Positions 39,275 to 48,991 of a stretch of DNA of 59,108 nt are shown here, piece by piece. The notes below the pieces were generated by a model that saw only the letters and a list, made by a program, of their open reading frames with translations, was not told where the DNA came from and did not search any database. Both the position numbers and the translations under genes were made by a program. The DNA comes from Oscillospiraceae bacterium (GTDB lineage Bacteria; Bacillota; Clostridia; Oscillospirales; Oscillospiraceae): positions 1-59,108 of the forward strand of contig JAFSMA010000050.1 of NCBI GenBank assembly GCA_017448145.1. The letters are read 5' to 3'. Each line of letters opens with the position of its first letter. The first letter of the stretch is position 1.

Positions 39275-39865
39275 TTATTCCTCCGTTGGCTGGCTCACCG
39301 TGCAGGAAAACGCCAGCATTTGTACTGTCAAAAATGTCTGCCCGTCCCGGCTGCACTCGGCGTACCGGGGCACCAGGGTGTCGGCGTCGATCCAGACGGT
39401 GCAGACCACCTTGTCGCCGCTCTGCGCGGTGGTGTCCAGGGCAAGGCGATAGCAGGCCACGTCCCCCCATGTCTCCCGGCTCTCCTCCAGGAGATAGCCG
39501 CTGCCCAGGGCGTGGAGCAGGTAGGGCAGACAGTTGGCCGGGGCCACGTCCTCCAGCTCCCCCGCCGGGAGAGAGGTGCCGTCATAGGTGACGGTGAGGC
39601 CGTCGGGGGACACGGTGGCGGTGACGCCTTGTAGCTCCTCCGGGGCAAGCACCGCCGTGGTGGCGGTGTCACCGTCCAGAGTGCAGGAGAGGGTGTAGGT
39701 GCGGCTCTCGTCGCCTAAATGGCACACCACCTCCGCCTCCATCTCCGCCGTGGCCAGGCGGCTGTACTGCTCCTGGATGGATTGCGCCTGTGCGACGCCG
39801 CTGCCGCAGCCGGAAAGGCAACACAGCAGCAGGGGGATGATACTAATTAAATACAAACGCTTCAT
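39275..39865 (-). CDS. Lipoprotein, GerS/YdcC-like
   Basis: Lipobox LSGC; APEELQG motif; lies between nnrD and alr, as gerS/ydcC do. Confidence 0.6.
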   Translation of the reverse strand: MKRLYLISIIPLLLCCLSGCGSGVAQAQSIQEQYSRLATAEMEAEVVCHLGDESRTYTLSCTLDGDTATTAVLAPEELQGVTATVSPDGLTVTYDGTSLPAGELEDVAPANCLPYLLHALGSGYLLEESRETWGDVACYRLALDTTAQSGDKVVCTVWIDADTLVPRYAECSRDGQTFLTVQMLAFSCTVSQPTEE

Positions 39866-39888
39866 ACTGCCTCCTTCTGGGGAGGCTG

Positions 39889-40746
39889 TTACTTCCCTTC
39901 CACCGCCCGGAAGGCCCCGCCGATGCGCAGCACCATATCCGAGGGCGTCATGGCCCGCTCCGTTTGCGCCGCCGCTGCCAGATCACCGGCAAGGCCGTGG
40001 AGATACACAGCGCAGCAGGCGGCTTCGAAGGGCGCCATACCCTGGCCCAGCAGGCTCACCACCATACCGGAGAGCACGTCGCCGCTGCCGCCCTTGGCCA
40101 TGCCGCTGTTGCCGGTGGGGTTCACCGCCAGGCGGCCGTCGGGGGCGGCGATGACGGTACGATGGCCTTTCAGCACCAGCACGACGCCGTGGGCTTGGGC
40201 AAAGGCCGACGCGGAAGCCTCCCGTCCGCGGGACAAGTCCCCCACCCGGGCGAACTCCCCGGCATGGGGCGTCAGCACAGTGACGCGGCCCTTACGCTTG
40301 TCTAACACATCTATATGCCCCGCCAGGGCATTTATGCCATCAGCGTCCAGCACCAGGGGAAGTTCCGCGTCCAGCAGGCGGCGGGTCAGCTCGTCCGTCT
40401 CCCGGCCCCGGCCCAGGCCGCAGCCAATGAGGGCGGCGTCACATGTCGCCATGCGGCGGCGAATCTCCCCCTCGGCGGCAAGGGCCAGTTTGCCGTCCGC
40501 CGCAGGCAGTGGGAAGGGCATGGCCTCGTCGGACTTCACCGCCGCCACGGGCCAGATGGGCTCCGGCACTCCCAAAAACACCAGGCCCGACCCGGTGCGC
40601 ACGGCGGCACGGGAGGCGAAAACCGGGGCGCCGGTATAGCCCACGCTGCCGCACAGGCACAGCACCTTGCCGAAGTCGCCCTTGTGGCCCTCCGGATCGC
40701 GGCGGGGCAGATGTTGTCTCACCCATGCCGCTGTCAGCTCCGTCAT
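39889..40746 (-). CDS. nnrD: ADP-dependent NAD(P)H-hydrate dehydratase
   Basis: HKGDFG, GCGLG, LVLDADG, LTPHAGEF, GGSGDVLSG. Confidence 0.92.
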   Translation of the reverse strand: MTELTAAWVRQHLPRRDPEGHKGDFGKVLCLCGSVGYTGAPVFASRAAVRTGSGLVFLGVPEPIWPVAAVKSDEAMPFPLPAADGKLALAAEGEIRRRMATCDAALIGCGLGRGRETDELTRRLLDAELPLVLDADGINALAGHIDVLDKRKGRVTVLTPHAGEFARVGDLSRGREASASAFAQAHGVVLVLKGHRTVIAAPDGRLAVNPTGNSGMAKGGSGDVLSGMVVSLLGQGMAPFEAACCAVYLHGLAGDLAAAAQTERAMTPSDMVLRIGGAFRAVEGK

Positions 40747-40787
40747 GGCGCTCCCCTCCCCCCTTTTCGCCTTCCACGTCATTATTT

Positions 40788-40955
40788 TATAGGCAACACC
40801 GCATAATTCGGCGAGAGCGAATCCCGAGAAAAATTTGGGTTCTGGTGAAGTCACTTTTTCGCAGGAATACTTTGTGTATTGCAAGAAAAAGTGACGAGAC
40901 CAGGGCACAAATTTTCCGAGAGGCGCCGAAGACGGGTTGTGCGGTGCTGCCTATA
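40788..40955. ncRNA. Structured ~165-nt repeat (family B; Clostridiales-1-like RNA motif)
   Basis: TATAGGCAACACCGCATAA...TTGTGCGGTGCTGCCTATA ends; homologous to 21628-21790. Confidence 0.6.
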
Positions 40956-41027
40956 GTATAACACCCCTGTCAATCGCAAAAAAGCCTTGCCATGGCGGAA
41001 AAAATATGGTATAAATAGTCTTCAGTG

Positions 41028-41268
41028 AAAAGCGATGAACGGGAAAATCCGCAGCGGCGGCCCCAGCAAGAGAGAGTCGGTCAGCGGCTGAAAGCCGGCT
41101 CATGGGGCTATGCGGTGTTCGCCCGGGAGCTGCCGTGAGGAAATGCACGGCCGGGTTTGCCTCCGTTATGGGGCCAAACGAGTGCGCGGCAACGCCGCGA
41201 ATGTGGGTGGTACCACGGAGGTCAATGCCTTTCGTCCCATATTGGTGGGGGGAAAGGTGTTTTTTTAT
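41028..41268 (+). ncRNA. T-box riboswitch (Phe)
   Basis: AGAGA/GCTGA stem-I motifs, specifier TTC at 41118-41120, T-box AATGTGGGTGGTACCACGG, terminator with U tract; upstream of pheS. Confidence 0.92.
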
Positions 41269-41305
41269 CCCATACACTACCTTTACAAATAAGGAGGAGC
41301 GATAC

Positions 41306-42343
41306 ATGAAAGAAAAGCTGGACGCCCTGCTGCGGGAGGGTCTTGCCAAAATCGAGGCCGCTTCCAGCGAGGCGGAATTGCAGGATGTGAAAGCCTTCCT
41401 GCTGGGCAAGCAGAGCCCCCTGACGGCGCTGATGAAGGAGCTGCCCAAGGTGGACGTGGCCCTGCGGCCGGAGATGGGCCGGATGGTCAATGAGGTGAAG
41501 ACAAAGCTGACGGCACAGATGGATGAGCGCCGCAACGACCTGAAGATGAAGGCCAGCGAGGTGGCGGAGGACTTCGACATCACCGTGCCGGGCACCATGC
41601 CCCCCGGCGGCGGACTGCACCCCATCACCCAGATGTGCTACGACCTGAACGACGCCTTCCGGTCCATGGGCTTTGAGATTTTTGAGGAGCCGGAGATCAC
41701 CAGCGAGCTCTACGGCTTCGACCGGCTGAATTTCCCGCCGGATCACCCCGCCCGGGAGAGCATGGACACCTATTGGCTGGCGGGCCACGACCAGGGCCAC
41801 GGCGGCGACAGGCTGTGCCTGCGGCCCCACCTCACCGGCGGCAGCGTGCGGTATCTCCAGACCCACAAGCCCCCCTATCGCTTCGTGTACCCCGGCCGGG
41901 TGTACCGCAACGAAACTACCGACGCGCGCCACGAGCGGGCTTTCTTCCAGTATGAGGCCCTGGTGGTGGACAAGGACTTTACCTTCACCGCCGGCAAGGT
42001 GATGATCCGCAGCATCCTGTCCAAGGTGTTCGGGCGGGACGTACCCGTGCGGATGCGGGCGGGCTTCTTCCCCTTTGTGGAGCCGGGGTTTGAGATCGAC
42101 ATGGGCTGCCTGGTGTGCGGCGGCAAGGGGTGCAGCGTGTGCAAGCACGTGGGCTGGATCGAGATCATGCCCGGCGGCACCCCCCACCCCAACGTACTGC
42201 GCGCCGCGGGCCTGGATCCCGACGAGTACACCGGCTTCTACGTCAACATCGGTCTGGACCGGCTGGTGATGATGCGCTACGGTGTGGACGACATCCGCCT
42301 GTTCCACGGAGGCGACTTGCGCTTCCTGGAGCAGTTCCGATAA
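41306..42343 (+). CDS. pheS: Phenylalanine-tRNA ligase alpha subunit (divergent)
   Basis: GGLHP, DHPARE, PGRVYRNE, FFPFVEP, GLDRL..RYG..DIR.F..DLRFL; Phe T-box upstream. Confidence 0.93.
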   Translation: MKEKLDALLREGLAKIEAASSEAELQDVKAFLLGKQSPLTALMKELPKVDVALRPEMGRMVNEVKTKLTAQMDERRNDLKMKASEVAEDFDITVPGTMPPGGGLHPITQMCYDLNDAFRSMGFEIFEEPEITSELYGFDRLNFPPDHPARESMDTYWLAGHDQGHGGDRLCLRPHLTGGSVRYLQTHKPPYRFVYPGRVYRNETTDARHERAFFQYEALVVDKDFTFTAGKVMIRSILSKVFGRDVPVRMRAGFFPFVEPGFEIDMGCLVCGGKGCSVCKHVGWIEIMPGGTPHPNVLRAAGLDPDEYTGFYVNIGLDRLVMMRYGVDDIRLFHGGDLRFLEQFR

Positions 42344-42359
42344 AAGGAGGGCTGACAAC

Positions 42360-44801
42360 ATGAAAGTTTCTATGCAATGGCTCCGGGACTACGTGGACCT
42401 GCCTGCGGATATGGACCTGACCCGGCTGAGCTACGACCTGACCATGTCCACCGTGGAGGTGGAGGGCGCGGAAGACCTGGGCAAATCCTTTGCCAACATG
42501 GTCATCGGCGTGGTGGAAAAAATCGAGCCCCATCCCAACGCCGACAAGCTGCGTATCTGCAAGACCGACATCGGCGGCGAGAGCAAGGACATCGTCTGCG
42601 GCGGCACCAACCTGTACGAGGGCATGAAGGTGGCGGTGGCCAAGCCCGGCGCCTTCTGCCGCTGGCACGGCGAGGGCGAGCCGGTGGAAATCAAGGAGGC
42701 CAAGCTGCGGGGCGTGCCCAGCTTTGGCATGATCTGCGCCTCCTCGGAAATCGGCCTTTTTGACCTGTTCCCCTTTACCGACGAGGGCACGGTGGTGGAC
42801 CTGTCCGCCTTTGACGCCCCTGCCGGCACCCCCATTGCCGACGCCCTGGATCTGAACGACGTCATTCTGGAAATCGACAACAAGTCCATGACCAACCGGC
42901 CCGACCTGTGGGGCCACTACGGCATCGCCCGGGAGCTGGCAGTCCTGTACGAGCTGCCCCTGAAACCCTTTACCCCCTTTGACCGCGCCACCGTTACCGG
43001 CGAGGCGGTGACGGCGGTGGTGGAAGACGCGGAGCGCTGCCCCCGGTGCATGTGCGCCCAAATCGAGGGCCTGGGCGTAAAGCCCTCCCCCTTCTGGATG
43101 CAAAGCCGCATCTGGCGGGTGGGCATGCGGCCCATCAACGCCCTGGTGGACGTGACCAACTACGTGATGCTGGCCACCGGCCAGCCCTCCCACGCCTACG
43201 ACTGCGACCGCATCCACGGCCCCATCACCGTCCGCCGGGCCAAGGACGGTGAAACGCTGACGCTGCTCAACGACAAGGCCCTGTCACTCACCTCTGACGA
43301 CCTGGTGATCGCCGACGCCGAGGGCCCGGTGGGCCTGGCGGGCATCATGGGCGGCGCCAAGGACAGCATTCTGCCCTCCACCCACAGCATAAAGCTGGAG
43401 ATCGCCAACTTTGCCGCCAAGGGCATCCGCCGCACGGCGCTGAAGTACGACAACCGCACCGAGGCCTCCTCCCGGTATGAGAAGGGCATCGACCCGGAGC
43501 GGTGCCAGCAGGCACTGGATCTGTCCATGCAGCTCTTCCGGGAGCTGTATCCCGACATGCAGGTGACGGCCCTGGTGGACATCTATCCCAAGGCCCTGGA
43601 GCCGGCGGAAATCGACGTGTCCCTCACCTGGCTGGAGCGGCGGCTGGGCAAGCGCATTCCCAACGAGGACATCCGCCGGAAGATGGAGCTGATGGGCTAC
43701 ACCATCACCTTCGACGGCGACAACATGCATGTGGTCTGCCCCACCTGGCGCTCCACCGGCGACGTGTCCATCAAGGCGGACATCATGGAGGAAGTGGCCC
43801 GGATGTACGGCTACGAGAACTTCGAGCCCACCCCCATCACCACCTCCTTTACCGGCGCCATCAACCAGTTGGAGGTGGACATTGACCGGAAGATTCGGGA
43901 ATATCTGGCCTTCCGCTGCGGGATGCAGGAGATTTTCTCCTATCCCTGGATGGAGGAGCAGTACGTGAACGCCGTGCTGCAATCCACCGACGGCATCCTG
44001 ACCCTGGCCACGCCCCCCTCCCCTGCCGAGCGGTTTGTCCGTTCCTCCTTGCTGCCCAACCTGTGCAAGGCGGTGGTGAAGAACGAGCGGTACTATACCG
44101 ACTTCGCCATCTTCGAGGGCACCCAGATTTTCAAGGACGAGGGCTACACCAGCCCCTATGACCCCGCTGAAAAGCTGCCGCTGCAACGCAAAAACATCGC
44201 CGGCGCCTTCGCCTCCGCCGCCAAGGACGTAACCCCCCTGTTCCGCAAGGCCAAGGGCGTTATTGAGATGATGCCCCGCTACACCCACATGGAGGGCTTC
44301 ACCCTGTGCCAGAAGGAGAAGCCGGTGTGGGCCGACAACGTGGTGTGGCTCAACATCTGCCTGGGCGACGACATCATTGGCAACCTGGCGCTGCTGAGCA
44401 AGAAGGCCTCCATGGGCTGCGGCATCAAGAACCTGAACGTGATGCTCTTCGAGCTGGACGTGGACGCGCTCAAGCCCTTCCGCTCCCGCACCAATACCTT
44501 CACCCACCTGCCCGAGTTCCCCATGACCGACTACGACATCTCCGTGCTGTGCGACGGCGCGGTGAAGTGCGTGGACATGGTGCAGACCATTATGGCCAGC
44601 CACAACCCGCTGCTGCGGGGCGTGGCCTTCGTGGACGAATACCGGGGCAAGCAGATTCCCGCCGGGAAGAAATCGGTGACGCTGCGGCTCACCATCGGCT
44701 CCGGCGAAAAGACCCTGACCTCCGAGGAGATCGAGCAGTGCGCCGCTGCCGCCATTAAAAAGCTGGTGAAGCGGTTTGAGGTGGAGCTGCGCAGCCGGTA
44801 A
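42360..44801 (+). CDS. pheT: Phenylalanine-tRNA ligase beta subunit
   Basis: HPNADKL, GMICAS, TNRPDL, PINALVDVTNYVM, DIMEEVAR, C-terminal GKKSV FDX-ACB domain. Confidence 0.95.
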   Translation: MKVSMQWLRDYVDLPADMDLTRLSYDLTMSTVEVEGAEDLGKSFANMVIGVVEKIEPHPNADKLRICKTDIGGESKDIVCGGTNLYEGMKVAVAKPGAFCRWHGEGEPVEIKEAKLRGVPSFGMICASSEIGLFDLFPFTDEGTVVDLSAFDAPAGTPIADALDLNDVILEIDNKSMTNRPDLWGHYGIARELAVLYELPLKPFTPFDRATVTGEAVTAVVEDAERCPRCMCAQIEGLGVKPSPFWMQSRIWRVGMRPINALVDVTNYVMLATGQPSHAYDCDRIHGPITVRRAKDGETLTLLNDKALSLTSDDLVIADAEGPVGLAGIMGGAKDSILPSTHSIKLEIANFAAKGIRRTALKYDNRTEASSRYEKGIDPERCQQALDLSMQLFRELYPDMQVTALVDIYPKALEPAEIDVSLTWLERRLGKRIPNEDIRRKMELMGYTITFDGDNMHVVCPTWRSTGDVSIKADIMEEVARMYGYENFEPTPITTSFTGAINQLEVDIDRKIREYLAFRCGMQEIFSYPWMEEQYVNAVLQSTDGILTLATPPSPAERFVRSSLLPNLCKAVVKNERYYTDFAIFEGTQIFKDEGYTSPYDPAEKLPLQRKNIAGAFASAAKDVTPLFRKAKGVIEMMPRYTHMEGFTLCQKEKPVWADNVVWLNICLGDDIIGNLALLSKKASMGCGIKNLNVMLFELDVDALKPFRSRTNTFTHLPEFPMTDYDISVLCDGAVKCVDMVQTIMASHNPLLRGVAFVDEYRGKQIPAGKKSVTLRLTIGSGEKTLTSEEIEQCAAAAIKKLVKRFEVELRSR

Positions 44802-44886
44802 AATGGTGGATTTGCAAAAAGTTTAGTCTTTACAGCCGCATCTTTTTGGCGTATACTGTAAAACATATAGGAGGGGTGGTGCTGTA

Positions 44887-45132
44887 ATGGACGATTTTAC
44901 CCGTAAGTTCAACGTGGCGGAAGACCGGGACGAGCAGGTGCGCCATGTGCTTTCCAATGTGTACGACGCCCTGCGTGAAAAGGGCTACGACCCCGTGAAC
45001 CAGATTGTGGGCTACATCCTGTCGGAGGACCCCACCTATATTACCAACCACAACGGCGCCCGCTCCCTGATCTGCAAAATCGACCGGGATGAGCTGTTGC
45101 AGGTGCTGGTGAAGCACTATCTGGACATCTGA
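44887..45132 (+). CDS. ireB: IreB family regulatory phosphoprotein (UPF0297)
   Basis: [33 protein letters not shown]. Confidence 0.92.
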   Translation: MDDFTRKFNVAEDRDEQVRHVLSNVYDALREKGYDPVNQIVGYILSEDPTYITNHNGARSLICKIDRDELLQVLVKHYLDI

Positions 45133-45142
45133 CACCCTTATT

Positions 45143-45174
45143 ATGCGGACTGCGTAAAGCAGTCCGCATTTTTT
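45143..45174 (+). terminator. Intrinsic terminator after ireB
   Basis: ATGCGGACTGC-GTAAA-GCAGTCCGCAT-TTTTT. Confidence 0.8.
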
Positions 45175-45411
45175 CTGTCCCCGCTTCGTCATTGTTCCGC
45201 AAGCGGCAAAAGCTCTGGTGATATTGGCGATATGTCACCATGTGCCGGCATAGGATATCGTCACTATGCCCCTTGACTTTACGGGACATTTGCGCTATAA
45301 GTGTATTAACGCAATTAATACAGTTTTATGGCCCGGAGACGGGAACGCTTTTCGCTGCTGATGCGTCTAATCTGTCAGCGAAACGCAAATTGAGAAAAGA
45401 GGTAACGCGAC

Positions 45412-46731
45412 ATGAAAAAAACAGCACTTCTCCTGGTGTTGGCCCTGTGCCTGGGCATGCTGGCGGGCTGCGGCGGTAGCAGCGCCGGTGAGGCGTCGGT
45501 GCAGAGCGTCAGCATGATCTGCGGCATGGGCTCTGTGGGCCTGGCCGAGCGGTTTGCCGGCGTGGTGACCGCCCAGGGCGAGACGGAGATCAAGGCCGAC
45601 AGCAACACCAAGGTGGCCTCCGTGAACGTCAGCGTGGGGGAGGAAGTGGCAGAGGGTCAGCCCCTGTTCACCTACGACACCGCCCAGACCAGCATGGATC
45701 TGGAGCGGGCGCGGCTGGATCTGGAGCGGATGAAGAACGCTCTGGCCGACAAGGAGAAGGAGAAAGCCAGCTACGAGGAGACCGCCAAGGAGCTGTCCGG
45801 CGAGGAGCTGAAAGACTATCAGCTGTTGATCCGGGAGGCCAATGCCGACATCGTGGAGAAGAAGTACAACATCTCCTCCAAAAACATGGAGATCGAGCGC
45901 CTGGCGGCGGCGCTGAAAAACGTCACCGTCAACTCCCCCGTGTCCGGCGTGGTAAAGGCCATCAACGAAAACGGCTCTTACGACGAGATGGGCAATCCCA
46001 AGCCCTTTATGACCATTGTGGAAACCGGCGGCTACCGGGTGAAGGGCTACGTCAATGAGAACAACGCCTCCGCCCTGCAAATGGGCATGGAGGTGCTGCT
46101 GCGCAGCCGTGTCAGCGACGCGGTGTGGCACGGCACCATCAACGAGGTGGATTGGAACAACCCCGCCCAGGGCAACAGCAACTATTACGGCGGCAGTGAC
46201 GACACCACCCAGTCCAGCAAATACCCCTTCTATGTCACGCTGAATGACAGCGAGGGCTTGCTGCTGGGCCAGCACGTGTTCATTGAGCCGGATTACGGCC
46301 AGGACGCCCAGGCGGACGCCAACACCATACATATGCCCTCCTGGTACATCGTGGACGCGGACAGCAACCCCTTTGTGTGGGCCCAGGACAGTCGTGGCCG
46401 GCTGGAAAAACGCAGCGTGACCCTGGGCGACTATGATGAGCTGATGGACACCTACGTGGTGGAAAAGGGCCTGACCCCCGACGACTACATCGCCTTCCCC
46501 GACGAGAGCCTTACTGCCGGCATGACCTGCGTCACCTATGACGAGGGCAACTTCGGCGGCGACATGGCGGGCTTTGACGAGGGCATGATGGACGGCGGCA
46601 TGATGACGGACGACGGCATGATGGGCGACGCGGCCATGGAGGATGGCGCCTTCTACGGCGAAGGCGAGGTGCCGATGGACGGCGCTGAGGTCATGCCCGA
46701 GGAGGCCATGGCAGGAGGCGACAACACATGA
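45412..46731 (+). CDS. Membrane-fusion (adaptor) lipoprotein of a MacB-type exporter
   Basis: Lipobox LAGC, lipoyl-like VSVGEEVAEGQPLF and SPVSGVV halves around a coiled coil; acidic Met/Gly tail. Confidence 0.8.
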   Translation: MKKTALLLVLALCLGMLAGCGGSSAGEASVQSVSMICGMGSVGLAERFAGVVTAQGETEIKADSNTKVASVNVSVGEEVAEGQPLFTYDTAQTSMDLERARLDLERMKNALADKEKEKASYEETAKELSGEELKDYQLLIREANADIVEKKYNISSKNMEIERLAAALKNVTVNSPVSGVVKAINENGSYDEMGNPKPFMTIVETGGYRVKGYVNENNASALQMGMEVLLRSRVSDAVWHGTINEVDWNNPAQGNSNYYGGSDDTTQSSKYPFYVTLNDSEGLLLGQHVFIEPDYGQDAQADANTIHMPSWYIVDADSNPFVWAQDSRGRLEKRSVTLGDYDELMDTYVVEKGLTPDDYIAFPDESLTAGMTCVTYDEGNFGGDMAGFDEGMMDGGMMTDDGMMGDAAMEDGAFYGEGEVPMDGAEVMPEEAMAGGDNT

Positions 46732-47408
46732 TCCTGGAAATGCATGACATCTGCAAGGATTACCCCATGGGCAAAACGGTGACCCGCGTGCTGAAAAACG
46801 TGGATCTCACCGTCAATGAGGGGGACTACCTTGCCATCATGGGCCCCTCCGGCAGCGGCAAGACCACCTTGATGAACATTATCGGCTGCCTGGACGTGCC
46901 CACCAGCGGCAGCTACTCCCTGGGCGGCCGGGACATCACCGCCTGCTCTGCCAAGGAGCTGGCCACGGTGCGGAACAAGGAGATCGGCTTTGTGTTTCAG
47001 AGCTTTCACCTGCTGCCCAAGCTGACGGCCCTGGAGAACGTGGCCCTGCCCCTGCTGTACGGCGGCATGAAGAAGGCCCCGCGGCTGGAACTGGCGCGGC
47101 AGGCATTGGAGACGGTGGGCCTTGCTGACCGCATCGACCACCGGCCCGATCAGCTCTCCGGCGGTCAGTGCCAGCGGGTGGCCATCGCCAGAGCCATCGT
47201 AGGAAAGCCCAAGCTGCTGCTGGCCGACGAGCCCACCGGCGCATTGGACAGCGCCAGCGGTGCCCAGGTGATGGAGCTGTTTCAGCAGCTCCATGAGGAT
47301 AGCGGCGCCACCATCATTATGATTACCCATGACGCAGGCATCGCCCGCCATGCCCAGATGACCCGTACCATCCGGGACGGCATCCTCTCGGGAGGTGTGG
47401 AAGTATGA
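46728..47408 (+). CDS. ABC transporter ATPase (LolD/MacB type)
   Basis: GPSGSGKTT, IGFVFQ, LSGGQ, LLADEPTG. Confidence 0.95.
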   Translation: MILEMHDICKDYPMGKTVTRVLKNVDLTVNEGDYLAIMGPSGSGKTTLMNIIGCLDVPTSGSYSLGGRDITACSAKELATVRNKEIGFVFQSFHLLPKLTALENVALPLLYGGMKKAPRLELARQALETVGLADRIDHRPDQLSGGQCQRVAIARAIVGKPKLLLADEPTGALDSASGAQVMELFQQLHEDSGATIIMITHDAGIARHAQMTRTIRDGILSGGVEV

Positions 47409-48979
47409 GCAAAACGCTGAAAAAAGTGATTTTGGGCGTGGTGATCGCCGCGGCGGTCATCGGCGCCGTGTGGGGCATCCTGACAGTGCTGCGCACTGCC
47501 CGCCGCAAGCCGGTGAATGTGTATCCGGTGGAGAGCTTTATGACCACCAACGAGTGGGGCAACAGCTCCCAAAGCAGCGGCACTGTCACCACCGATAAGC
47601 TGCAAAAGATTTATCTGTCCGAAAGCCAGACCGTGACACAGGTGTACGTCACCGAAGGCCAGACGGTGCGAAAGGGCGACAAGCTGCTGAGCTACGACAC
47701 CACCCTCACCAGCCTGGAGCTGGAGCGGGCACGGATCGACCTGGAGCGCCAGCAGAACAACGTGACCTATTTGAAAGCGGTTTACGACGCGCTGGATATC
47801 CGCAAGGACAACGAATATTGGGAGAAGGAAAAAGAGAAGCTGCAGGTGCAGCTGGAGGCTGCCGAGACCGCTGCCAGAGAGGCGGCAGGTCTGGACGGCG
47901 CCCGGCCCCTGCCCAGCGTCGGCAACATCGCCACCCAGGACGGTACCCTGGCCAACCCCTTCTTTATCGCCGAGGCGGATTTCACGCCGGAATATCTGTC
48001 CCAGCTGCGCACGTCCCTCCCCGGCCAGGATATTTACGTGGTCACCTATCGCCACAGCGATACCGACGGGGATAGCTGCGTGCAGGGCGCCGTGCTGCAC
48101 AAGGACAGCGACGCCATCACCTTCTTCACCCCGGACTACGTGATTCCCACCGCCGCGGACGCCGCGCCGGATGCGGACACGGAGGTGGCCCGGCTGCGGC
48201 ATGAGATCGCCAAGATTCAGCTGAAGCTGGATTATTACGATTTGCCGGAGAACCATGACGAGCTTCTCAAGCGCAAAGTGGCGCTGCAACAGCAGATCGA
48301 CCAGGCACAGGTGGAGCTGAAAATCGCCCAGATCGATTTCCAGAAAAAGAACAGCGAGGTGGCAGACGCCTCGGTGTACAGCGAGATGGACGGCGTGGTG
48401 AAGGCGGTGCGTGACCCCAAGGAGGCCTACCAAAACGGCGAGGCCGTGGTAGAGGTGTCCGGCGGCGGCGGTTATTACGTCAGCGGTGTCATCAGCGAGC
48501 TGGAACTGGGCAACGTGCAGATCGGCGACACGGTGCAGATCAGCTCCTGGATGACCGGCGTAAGCTGCGAGGGCACTATTGTGTCTGTGGAGGACTACCC
48601 CGCCAGCCAATCCGGCTGGAGCAACGGCAACCAGAACGTGTCCTATTATCCCTTCAAGGCCTTTGTGTCCGAGGACGCCAATTTGCAGCCCAACGACTAC
48701 GTGGACATCTCCTACCGCAGCGTCAGCAACAAGAATGCCTGGTATCTGGAGAGCATGTTCATCCGGGTGGACAACGGCAAGAGTTACGTGTACGTCCGGG
48801 GCGATAACGGCCTGCTGGAAAAGCGGGACGTGGTCACCGGTGCTGATCTGTGGGGCAGCTATACGGAGATCCGCGGCGGCCTCACACGGGAGGACTACAT
48901 TGCCTTCCCCTACGGCCAGGACGTGACCGACGGGGCCAAGACCCAGGAAGCCACTCCCGACCAGCTCTATAACTATTAA
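47405..48979 (+). CDS. Second membrane-fusion (adaptor) protein
   Basis: N-terminal TM, VTEGQTVRKGDKLL, SEMDGVV, coiled coils. Confidence 0.78.
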   Translation: MSKTLKKVILGVVIAAAVIGAVWGILTVLRTARRKPVNVYPVESFMTTNEWGNSSQSSGTVTTDKLQKIYLSESQTVTQVYVTEGQTVRKGDKLLSYDTTLTSLELERARIDLERQQNNVTYLKAVYDALDIRKDNEYWEKEKEKLQVQLEAAETAAREAAGLDGARPLPSVGNIATQDGTLANPFFIAEADFTPEYLSQLRTSLPGQDIYVVTYRHSDTDGDSCVQGAVLHKDSDAITFFTPDYVIPTAADAAPDADTEVARLRHEIAKIQLKLDYYDLPENHDELLKRKVALQQQIDQAQVELKIAQIDFQKKNSEVADASVYSEMDGVVKAVRDPKEAYQNGEAVVEVSGGGGYYVSGVISELELGNVQIGDTVQISSWMTGVSCEGTIVSVEDYPASQSGWSNGNQNVSYYPFKAFVSEDANLQPNDYVDISYRSVSNKNAWYLESMFIRVDNGKSYVYVRGDNGLLEKRDVVTGADLWGSYTEIRGGLTREDYIAFPYGQDVTDGAKTQEATPDQLYNY

Positions 48980-48991
48980 GGAGGCGACAAC

